Notes under the pieces: generated by a model
What the model was told of the DNA's origin: nothing
What the model saw: the letters and a program-made list of their open reading frames with translations, nothing else
The model's database searches: none
DNA from: Prorocentrum cordatum
Taxonomy: Eukaryota
DNA length: 64,000 nt
Reading direction: 5' to 3'
Assembly: GCA_963575745.1 (NCBI GenBank)
Contig: CAUYUJ010000062.1
Span: forward strand, 1 to 64,000
Part shown: in pieces, positions 46,353-56,300 of the stretch
Position numbering within the stretch: the first letter of the stretch is position 1
Layout of the letters: each line of letters begins with the position of its first letter
Made by a program: the position numbers and the translations under genes

Positions 46353-49300
46353 GTCACCAGTATTTTCTTCAGCAACATCACACAATGGGGCGAGAAGCCT
46401 CAGAAGTTCCTCAACGAGAGCCAGGAACTGGCTCAGATATGTGCCTTCACGGAGTCCCATGTGCCGCAGTCAGGCATCGCGAAGCTGAAGAAAGACCTGA
46501 GCAAAGACGGATGGAAAGCAGCAGTCACGGCAGCAACACCGACGCGACGCTCGAAGGAAGGCAACAGCGGAGGCGAGCTGCTCATCGCCAAGGCGCACTT
46601 GGCGACCACAACGTTCGACGCGATGAGGGAGACCATCAAGGCCCGAGGAGGACAGGACCCATTCAGAGGGTTCACGGCCATGACTACCCACCTCAGCGGA
46701 GGAAATGTGGTTCTCTTCTCCCTCTACCTGCTTCCCAAGGAGGGCATGCAGGGCAGCAACTTCGAAAGGATCAAGGCGCTCTCGACGGTCATAGGGAGCA
46801 GCACAGATCCTTGGATTATCATGGCAGAAAGGCATATGCCCCCCGACCCTGGTCGAGAAGTCAGGCCCCACCACGCGCCTGGGAGGCAAGGTGATCGTTC
46901 CGAAGGTTCAGGTCACATGCGACAAGGGCGAGGGCAGTCTCATAGATTTCGCCATGGCACGAGAAGACATGGCAGAAGGCATCACCATCGACGGACATGC
47001 GAGAGTACCTTGGAGGACACATACGGGGCTCTTGCTCAAGTTACCAGGGCGTTCGGAGGCTTGGTGGCACAGGCATTTGGATCTCCCCAAGCCGTTGCCG
47101 CTGGTGCTCCCACCGAAGAAGGCCCCCGACCCAGAGAGCAAGCGCAGCAAGACGAAGCAGGCAGCACATCAGAAAAAGACTGGCAGAACTCCCCGAGGAC
47201 TTGCGCGAGGAGTTCAATTGTATCGAGCCCCCACAGACCAACATGGTGCAGCAGACGGTGCAGTACGCGATAGACGAGGGCCAGTGGGAGCAGGCCAGTC
47301 GCACCGCCATCGGGCCAGCGTTGACCAAGCAAATGCACGAGTTGGAGGCCAACCTTCTCATTCGCAGTGAGCATCAGAGGCTGATGGAGCAGGCGATCAC
47401 AGGCGAGTACGCGGTCTGGGTCACCACCCTGGAGGAGGCGATCATCGGAGTAGACATGATGGACGCCGAGCAGGCTGATGCACACCGAGGTAGAGGGGGT
47501 GGGTTTGCAATCAGATGGCAAAGATCGAAAGCCACACCAGGCCGTACGCATATGAAGTATCAAGCAGCTGAGTTGCGGTCGATAATGGGAGTCTTGATTA
47601 CCAGATATGAGTCATTAAGGTCCAACGGCACGGACAACAAGCAACAGAGGCAGTGCGAGAAGGAGTTGTCCACGACCTACCAGCAGCTCAGAAGGATGGG
47701 ATTGGATCAGATCTTTGGTCGAAATTTTGATCATGACGAAGCCGATGAGCGCATGTTACGGGTGCAGGAGGTCAAGTCACACACGCTGGAGGAGCTTGAG
47801 AGGTTGAAGGACGAGATTGAAAACCACCTGGCAATTGCGGTCTCCAGAGGCATCTCCACACAGCGGCAGCAGTTCACTAAGTGGGCAAAGAAGATGTGGT
47901 CGGAGAAGCCAGGGATCCTTCACAAGCACGTCAAAGATCCAGTGCAGCCAACATACGAGCAGTACCACCAGAACGCAAGCTCGGCGGACCCAGAGATTCT
48001 CATGCACACGAAGAGGCTGAAATGGCTAAAGATCTGGACGGATGCAGTGGACACCAGAGAGGACATCGCGTCGGAGCTGCAGGCCATGCACAGACAGGCC
48101 AGAGACGAAGACTTGGAACCGATCACGATTGAGGAGTTCGACTCGGCAATGCAGGCCACGAACCCCAATAAAGCAGGCGGTGTGGACGGTCTCAAGTTGC
48201 ACGACATCAAAAGGGCCCCGCAGAGCGCACGCCAGAAGCTGGTCGACCTCATCAACATGCGCGAGCGGACGGGCACTTGGCCGAGGCAGTGGACGGCTAC
48301 ACTCGGGGCTGTGGTCCCTAAACCAGCAGGTGGTGAGAGAGTGCTGGGGATGCTACCCCTACCAGTCAAACTTTGGAGCAGGGCGAGGGCGTCACCTTGC
48401 AGCGAATGGAGCGAGGCGCTGAGCGCGCACTGGGACACGGCCCTCAAAGGCAGCTCGGCGTTGCGAGCGGGGCTGCTCCGTGCCTGCCTGGACGAGGCGG
48501 GATACGAGCTGGGCATCTCCAGCCTCACCCTGCTGGAGGACATCGAGAGGTTCTACGACAGCGTCAGCCTGGTGCTGCTGATGCGCATCGCTAGGGGCAT
48601 CGGCTATCCAGCAGTGGTAGTGGAAATGGAAGTACTCATCTTCGCGGCGGCTCGCTTTCTCAAAGACAAGTCGTCGCTGAGTGAGGCAATATGGGTATCC
48701 AGATCGATAGTTGCGGGGTCACCCAGAGGCGTCAGCCTCGCGAAGGTTTTCCTCCACCCAATCCTACAGCGAGCGCATATCATATCACCGACGGCTGGAC
48801 TCTGGACATTCGTCGATGACACTGTGGCTCGAGAGGAGGGCACGGCACTGGGGACCCCAGACAAGATGGTCAGAGTGGCTTGCGAGCTCGCCCAAGGACT
48901 TCGTCAACAGAGGCTCAAGATCTCGGACAAGACAGTCGTCATCGGCTCGAGCAGAGACATGGTCAAGAGCGCGGCGAAGAGGTTGCAGCAGAACGGCACC
49001 CCCGCCAAGGCCAAGACATACACGAAGGACCTAGGCCTCGACGCTTCTGCTGGGCGTAAACGAGTTGTTCGCACACTCAAGAGACGAATACTGGCAGCTA
49101 AGAGACGGCTCGCCAAGATCAAGAGGCTGAGGAAAAGCACGACCTTGGCAAAAGAAGCGAAAGGACTCTGGTCTACGGGCGCCCTGCCCCAGGCCACACA
49201 CGGATATCAAGCGTTCGGCCTTTCCATGACGGAGCTGACGAAGCTAAGAAGACAGGCGGGCCAGATCGCAGCAGGCTCTCAAGGAGGCAAATGTCTGACG

Positions 49301-51433
49301 ACAACACTTGCAATTGAGATGTGGGACAAGGAGCCAGGCTTGGAATTGCGCAAACGAGTTGTTCACGAGTGGCTGGCGATGTGGCAGATGAATCCTCAGA
49401 TCAACGCGAGAGTCAAGTTAGCCTGGACCAAGATCAGACAGCGATTGATCACGGCTGGACGGAGGAGGTGGGCCTATGTCAGAGGCCCGATCGCCACGCT
49501 GCAGGCCACGCTGATGGACATAGGCTGGAACCCCATCAAGGCGACAGAGTGGGACAGACCACTACCAGATGGACAGTTACAGGCTTGGCTTATCCCCAGC
49601 GGCACTGACACGGAGTACACGAACGATTGGGAGAGACTAGCCATCTTGGCAGACGTGGTCAGCGACATGCGCAATTTGTATTGGCAGCAGGCGTCGAAGC
49701 ACGAGGATGGAGCTGACCTGCTCCCAGGTGCGGATGTATGGGGAATCAGGGCAGAGCAGCGCAAGTTCCACAATGAAGGAGCTTCAGATTTGGCGGCACT
49801 CAACCTGATAGTCACCACAGGTGGGCAATGGACCCGAGTGAGGCGCGCCAGACAAGGATACCTCATTGATTCCAAGCTTTGCCCGCGCTGCCAGCTCAAA
49901 GAAGAGAGTTTGTATCACCGCATTTGGGAATGTGAGCAGAACAAGGGGCACGAGGATTTCGTGAAGTCGGAGGCGCTTGTGGTACAGGCGGCGGCGCAGC
50001 ACGAGGCGTCGCCTGCTCTTTGGCCTCGGGGAGTACCAGCCGTTGGGCTCACCACTCCTGAGTTCGATGAAGCGCTCCTCGGCCAGCTGCAGTTGGATTT
50101 TAAGTCACACGGCTTCGCCGAATGCACGGAGTCAGGCAGAGTTCACGTTTTCGGTGACGGCTCGGGGGGCAAATATTCTGACGACCCCAGACGGAGACGC
50201 TGCGGAGCAGCGATCGTGGGGCTCGCGTTTGATTCGGGAGGCGGGTGGACCTTGGGGGAGGCTCTCGGGGTTCCTCTGCTCGGAGAAAAGCAAACGGCCC
50301 CCCGAGCCGAAGTTTTAGCATTCTGCCTGGCGTTAGAGCAAGTAGATTCAGAGCTGGGTTTCACATTTGTGACAGATCACAAGACGATCTCCAGGACCTG
50401 GAGGGCCCGCTTTCGAAGGCCCAACCCTGTGGGTGCCAACGAAGACCTCTGGACCAGGGCCCACATTGCTTTCCAGGCCAGGAGGAATCTTGATGTGGAA
50501 GTTGCCTGGTCCCCCTCCCACCAAGAGGAGGCCCCAGAGAAGTTAGACACGCTCGAGAAACTCTTTTATGCCTCTGGCAACGCCTGCGCTGATTCGCGGG
50601 CGGGGGAGGCGGCGGAGTAGGCGTGGAGGGGGCTGGTGGGGCGGGAGCCTGAGACGGACAAAATTGATGCCACAGCTTCGTTGATTCGTCGAAGGGCCAG
50701 ACGTGCCCTGGCGCGCGCAGCGGAGGCCGAGGAAAACACTCGGGCGGAGAGACCCCCTTTGAAGAAGGAGTCGAGACCGTCCAAGTTGGTGGCTGCGGCA
50801 CACGCCTCGGACCACATCCTCGAGCCATGTGGTCGCAGCATGAAATACTGGTGGTGCACGGTATGTGAGAGAGTTGTCCCCCGCTACCAAACGCGGGTCT
50901 TTGCGGCCACGACATGTTCAGGGCCTCCTGCCGAAGTCAGGAGAGGCCCCCAGGCCGCTGTTGGAGAGAGGGTCGCCCCCTCAGCCCGAGGGGGCGGCTT
51001 CCTAGAAAAGGTTCACCCCTCTCACAGGCTCCAGTATGTGGAGAAATGGTTCATTCACATTTGTTCGGAGTGCGGTTCTTATTGCACCGTGGACCCCAGG
51101 AATTTAGTGGGCAGATGTGATGGACGGACCAAGACAGGTTCGGAGAACCTAGCGAGGATAAGCAAAGGTTTGTTCCCGCGTCGCGAAGGCCCCCCGAGGG
51201 CAATTTTAGAGGCCATTAGGGCTCGTGAAGAAGCCGCCTGCGCGGACGTGGCGGCCATGCTCAGGAGTCCGCAATCGGAAAACCCAGGACCCGACCTGGC
51301 TGGCCAGGCGGCTGGGCCTTCGGGGGCTCAGACGGGAGCGGGGTTATTGGACCGCGCGGCCCCCTCCAGGCCTGGCCAGGCCCAGGAACCCCAGCCCGTG
51401 CGGGCTGGGGATGGAAGCGATTCCAGTGATTAA
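46353..51433 (+). pseudogene. Element A ORF2: APE endonuclease - RT - Cys motif - RNase H - C-terminal Cys/His domain (2 frameshifts, 1 in-frame stop)
   Basis: APE: IFFSNITQW, CAFTESH, NSGG, FSLYL, PWIIMA, SLIDF, PWRTH. RT: KAGGVDG, PKPAGGERVLG, EDIERFYDSV, WTFVDD, KDLG. Cys motif: CPRC..EESLYHRIWEC. RNase H: FGDGSGG, QTAPRAEVLA, FVTDH, DLW, WSPSH, GNACAD. Frameshifts near 46840 and 47175. A TAG at 50618-50620 is followed by the same frame to TAA at 51433 (WWCTVC, HPSH, CSECGSYC). The frame is also open upstream to the ATG at 44979. Confidence 0.92.
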
Positions 51434-51704
51434 ATCGCCCCCCAGGGCAGCGTCCGCTATCAAAGAGTCAAAGAGTCCTCCTCCTCCTCCTCCTCCTCCT
51501 GCCCCTCCTCCTGGACACCGCCCTCTGCATTACCCCCTCCACCTCCTCCTCCGTCCTCCGTCCTCCTCCTCCTCCTCCTCCTCCTCCTCATCCTCCTCCG
51601 TCCTCCTCCTCCGTCTTCCTCCTCCTCCTCCTCCTCCCCCTCCTCCTCCTCCTCAGCTTTCACTCAGGCCGAGGGGCCTAATCCCCTCCATCGCTCGGCC
51701 GCGG

Positions 51705-53036
51705 ATGAGCCCAGGGCCCGCGGGAGATGCTTTCGCAGACTCTCCTTGGCGCCAAGGCCCACCGTTCCAGCGAAGCAATACATGGAAGTGCAGCTCTTGC
51801 GGCTGCGCAAAGAACAAGATGGCGAGCCACGTCTGCAAGCACTGCGGCTCGGCTTGGAACGCCCCGAAGGTTGTTGAGCCCTCTCCTCCTGCTGGGGTTT
51901 GGGCTCAGAACACTGCTGCTGGTGGCCTGCTACCCGCTCTCTCGCCTGGGCTGCAGTATCAAGGCTTCCAGGGCGGTGGCAACGGCAAGGGCGCACACAA
52001 GGGCGGAGGCAAGCCTTCCAAGGGCAAGGGCAAGGGGCACGGAGGCGCTGCGTGGACTCCACCTGGCTACTTCTACTCCCCCGCCCTGGTGCCAGGTCCT
52101 CAAGGAGGAGTGGTTCGGCCTGGCCCTCTTCCCAACGTCACCCAGCTTTCGGTTCAAGAGTTGGAGACCTTTGTCGAGCTGTTCCGTAAGGTTGGCAACA
52201 CGACGGAGGCCAACCGCTACCAAGTTCAGCTGGTTGCGCTCAAGAAACCTCACAAGGCTGAGGAGTTATGCGAAGAACAGCTCGCCCGATGCCAACGCGA
52301 GCGGCCTAAACTGGGGAAGAAGTTGTCTTGGGAGTTCGGCAATCTCGAGGAGCTTCGCCTCAAGGTCGCCGCTCAGGAGTCCCTTATCGTTCAGATCAAC
52401 AAGGAGATGGACGGCTTGGACACCAAGCACGACGAGCTCACTGAAAAGGTACACTCGCTGCGCAAGCAGCACCCCGACGCCAGCAAACCAGTCGTGTCGC
52501 TCTCCGAGCTCTTGGCAGGGAAGATCGACGCTTTCGAGCTGGACGTCGGTGACTTGCTGGACATCGACCCCGAGGTCGGCGCGCTCGAGGAGTCGGACAT
52601 CGCGGAGGTCAACAGGCGTAAGGAGCAGCTGGTCAGCGGCTTCAACACCATGGCCAAGGACCTGTTCGCCAAGGCTATGGAGTCCGCGCAGGCTGCTAAG
52701 GCGGCGCATGTGGAGCAGACCCAGCGCCTCAAGGCCAAACGTCGCCGTGGCGATGATGGAGCTCAGGCTGCTGAAGCTGATGGGCAATGGCAACCTGCTG
52801 ACGGCGCTCCTGCTCCTGGACAGACGGCCCAGGCTGAACCAGCAGCCCAGCCAGCTCCGACGTCGGCTCCATCGACTCCAACTACGGGATCTTCTGCAGG
52901 CACAGGTCAGGCTGCCAGTGGATCCTCGGCTGTACCTCCACCGCCTGACCTGGCCAAGATGCGCGAGGCTGCGCGCGCTCTGGCAGCCAACAAGGCGCCT
53001 GGCAAAGGCGGCCCCCCGCTTGACGTCTCGATGTGA
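51705..53036 (+). CDS. Element B ORF1: RanBP2-like zinc finger, GK-rich segment, coiled-coil
   Basis: WKCSSCGCAKNKMASHVCKHCG resembles the RanBP2-type W-x-C-x2-C...N...C-x2-C pattern. Also GKGAHKGGGKPSKGKGKG and a long helical region. Intact to TGA. Confidence 0.85.
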   Translation: MSPGPAGDAFADSPWRQGPPFQRSNTWKCSSCGCAKNKMASHVCKHCGSAWNAPKVVEPSPPAGVWAQNTAAGGLLPALSPGLQYQGFQGGGNGKGAHKGGGKPSKGKGKGHGGAAWTPPGYFYSPALVPGPQGGVVRPGPLPNVTQLSVQELETFVELFRKVGNTTEANRYQVQLVALKKPHKAEELCEEQLARCQRERPKLGKKLSWEFGNLEELRLKVAAQESLIVQINKEMDGLDTKHDELTEKVHSLRKQHPDASKPVVSLSELLAGKIDAFELDVGDLLDIDPEVGALEESDIAEVNRRKEQLVSGFNTMAKDLFAKAMESAQAAKAAHVEQTQRLKAKRRRGDDGAQAAEADGQWQPADGAPAPGQTAQAEPAAQPAPTSAPSTPTTGSSAGTGQAASGSSAVPPPPDLAKMREAARALAANKAPGKGGPPLDVSM

Positions 53037-53364
53037 AGCGGGGGGCATCGAATCGGAGATTTTTTTCGGCCATGAGAGGGTCAAGCTTTGCTGCACGCCT
53101 GGCTCCCCTCTCTTTGGCCCCAGCTCACGTAATCCTCGGTGTGGCACGGCGCCGTCGGTCTCGGCGGCCCCGCAGCACGGTTGCTCCAATCCGTCCGTGA
53201 AGAATCTTGCTCGTGTATGTTTGCCAGTTCATGCGAGCGGTGACACGATGTTAATTCAGGGGACGCATCGTACTCCCCTGGCTGCACGGCGAGATGCTTG
53301 GAATCTTGGAGCTGACGCTCGTGGCTGCCCTACCGCCCCCGATGCCCCCCCCCCCCCCCCCCTC

Positions 53365-56300
53365 GGAAGAATTGCCCCTGGCCGTGGAAACTGTTAACGG
53401 CAACGCTTGGTCGTCGGTGAGAGACTGGCCCCCCCAGGTGTTCAGCCCATGTTCTCCTTGTCCAGGAGCACAAGCTCCAGGCTGGGGATGCTATTGAAGT
53501 GGCGTCTGCCTTTTGTTTCAGGCACGGCTGGAAATCCCCGTGGGTCCCAGGGACCCTTGGAGAGGGGGGAGGCCCCTCCTATGGCGTCGCCATCCTGGCC
53601 CGTAGCTGGCTAGGCTTGCACAGCTTGGGCTCTGCTGAGCTCTGGCCCCACAGGGCCGTGGTTGGAGTTGTCCACCCCCCAGAGGGCCAGGCCATCCTCC
53701 TCTCCTCTCTTTACCTTCGGGACTCGGAAGGGCTCAGCGAAGCGAACCTCGACATCCTGGGGGCCCTTGGTGCCCATTTTTCGACTTCTGGGATGCCCTT
53801 CTTGATGGGCGGCGACTTCAATCTCGAGCCGACCACGCTCCACGAGAGCGAGTTCGTTCACAATCTTAAGGGCCAGCTGGCGGCTGCGGACGGGCCCACG
53901 CGTTACGGCACTGGCGTTCCCAAGTGCTACGACTTCTTCGTTCTGTCGGGCGGCCTTGCGAAGGCCGCCAGCTCAGTTTCCAAGAATTTTGATGGGGGCA
54001 CTTTCCACCCCCACTTGCCCGTTCGGATCCAATTCCATGTCGGAACTGCCAATCTTCACGTCCTCTCGTTCCGCAAGCCCCCCCCCCCGATCGCTGTGGA
54101 CGCCCCGATCGGTCCGTCGCCCGAGCCCCCGCGTTACGGCAAATGCTCGGCCCTGTTGGACAAGGCCCTGGTTAGGGCCCAGAGGGGGGATGTTGACGTG
54201 CTGGACTCCCCTCTCGCTTCTGCCTATAAGCAATGGGCCAACACGGCCGAGCCAGAACTGTGCAATGTGATGGGCACGTCCATCCCTTACTTTGGGGCAC
54301 GTGGCAAAGGAGTCGAGATGTGGTGGAGGCCCGTCCTGGGTCGCGACCACGGCTCGGTCCGTTACCCTGTGCTCCACAGCATGAGATGGTTTTGTCCAAC
54401 GTCTTAAAAGTTTATCGGTTGGTGCTGTTGGGCCCCGACAAGCATCCCTCGGATTTCGCTAAGGTGCAGGCTGCCCTGGCGTCGCCCCCTGCTTTCGTGG
54501 CGGGTCACCAAGGTAGCTACGCTGCTGCGTTCTCTGCTGCATCCTCTGTGGCCTGCCTGTGGGGCGTGGAACCCGACGAGTGCAAGGCCTGCCTGGACTC
54601 GGTTCATTCTCAGCTTCAAGAGGCCAACAAGCTTTGTTCCGAGGAATTTTCCAAAATCGCCAGGTCTGATTGGGCTTCGTGGCTCCTGGACGGGGTCAAC
54701 CAGGGAGCCCGTCGGGCCCACCAGGTTTCCAAGAACCCCGCGGCCTGGAGGCCCACCTCCACATTGAGTCGGTTTGGAGCTCTGGTTAGTGACCCTCAGG
54801 CCCTCTTGAAGCAAGAGAGTGACAGATTTGGTAAGCTGTGGCGGGCTGTAGAAGCCCCCCCTCGGCTTCGGTGCTGCAAGCTCGTGCCTCTGCCGCAGAT
54901 CACAGTGGACGAGTTTCGCATTGCCTCGCGGTCTTACTCGAGGCGCTCTGCTGTCGGCTTGGACGGCTTTCACCTTCGGCACTATCAGTTTCTCTCCGAC
55001 GAGTCCCTGGAGTGCCTAGGGAAGCTGTTCGTGGTCGTCGAGTCGGCTGGTATGCTTCCCAGACAACTGCGGGCCCTGATCATGACCATGATCCCGAAGT
55101 CGGTCCCTGGGTTCCGCCCCATTGGGGTTTTTTCGAGCCCCTTTTCGCATCTGGGGCCGCATTCGGAGGCCCTATGCCGTGGCCTGGGAGGAAGCCAATG
55201 ACAGGCCCTACTGGGCTGCTGGAAAGCATAGGTCGGCTTCGGACGTGGTGTGGCGCCAGTCGGTCTCGGCTGAACGCAGCACGTCTTCAGGCCAGCATGC
55301 TGGAGCTATTTTTACGATATGCTGAAATACTACGAGCAGATTCCACTGGCCTTGCTGGAGTCGCGCGGCCAGAGGCTTAATTTTCCTCCTGTCCTGATGG
55401 CGGTCTGTCTGGCTGGATACCGATCGGCTCGTTTCATGGTTTTGCGTGGGGTCGTGGCCCCCCCTGCGTATGGAGATCACGGTGTGACAGCGGGCTGCTC
55501 GATCGCTACGACTATGATCAGGGTGTTTGGGCTTGATTCTTTCGACTCTGTGGTCCTGGGTCCGAACACTACCCTGGACGTCTACATCGACGATTCTGGG
55601 CTCAACGCTGTTGGCACGGCCGAACAGATTGTCACCAGCCTGCAGGACGGGGCCCCCACCCTTCAGCACGCCATCACGGTTATGATGCGTGCCCAGATTT
55701 CTTTGGACAAGACTGCCATGGTCTCGTCTTCTAAGTTCGTTTCGCATAGGCTCTCCCAAGTATTTGGAGATCTCGTTGGGCCCCACAGGGAAACCACGGT
55801 TAACCTCGGCATCGATTTCACTCCAGGGACTTCCAGGAGGGTTAGGGGGCGAATTGCTGAGGCGAAGACCAGGATGAATGCTGCGCTGCGTAGGACTCGC
55901 CGCTTAGTCCGCCAGCGTGGAACGCTGGGCTCTCGCGCTACCAAGGTGTTTGTCTCAGGGCCGCTGGCAGGCGCTCAGTACGGCGCTGAGGTCCACGGCA
56001 TGTCCGAAGGAGAAGTGCTCAAGATCCGTAAATTGGCTGCTTCCACCATGAAGCCGAACTGTGGGGGTCGCTCGCTCACGATCCTTACCCGCCTCGAGAA
56101 AGACCCAGCCTGGTACGGATCTGTAGCACCTATCATTCGGTATTGCAAGGAGTTGTGGTTGCTGCAGACGAGGGCTCCCTGGTCGCTCAGTTGGCACGAA
56201 ATTCGCGAAGCCTGGTCCGCTGTCTGGGCCCGACCCCCGCGTACCTGGAGATCCTGCAAGGGCCCTGTCGGGGCCATGTACCTCTCCCTGAAAAGGCTCG

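Larger units (their letters stand above)
44957..51475 (+). mobile_element. Full-length non-LTR retrotransposon (element A): SL + ORF1 + APE-RT-RNase H ORF2, flanked by (CCT)n
   Basis: Starts with DinoSL right after a (CCT)n tract and ends ...TCAAAGAGTCAAAGAG followed by (TCC)n. Contains ORF1 and a pol-like ORF2 with APE, RT (LLEDIERFYDSV, SIVAGSPRG, FVDD) and RNase H motifs. No LTRs seen. Confidence 0.93.

Noticed and set aside
51225..51704. N-terminal part of the 603-aa ORF 51225-53036
   Set aside because: It reads through the 3' end of element A and the CCT spacer. The real ORF1 most likely starts at ATG 51705.
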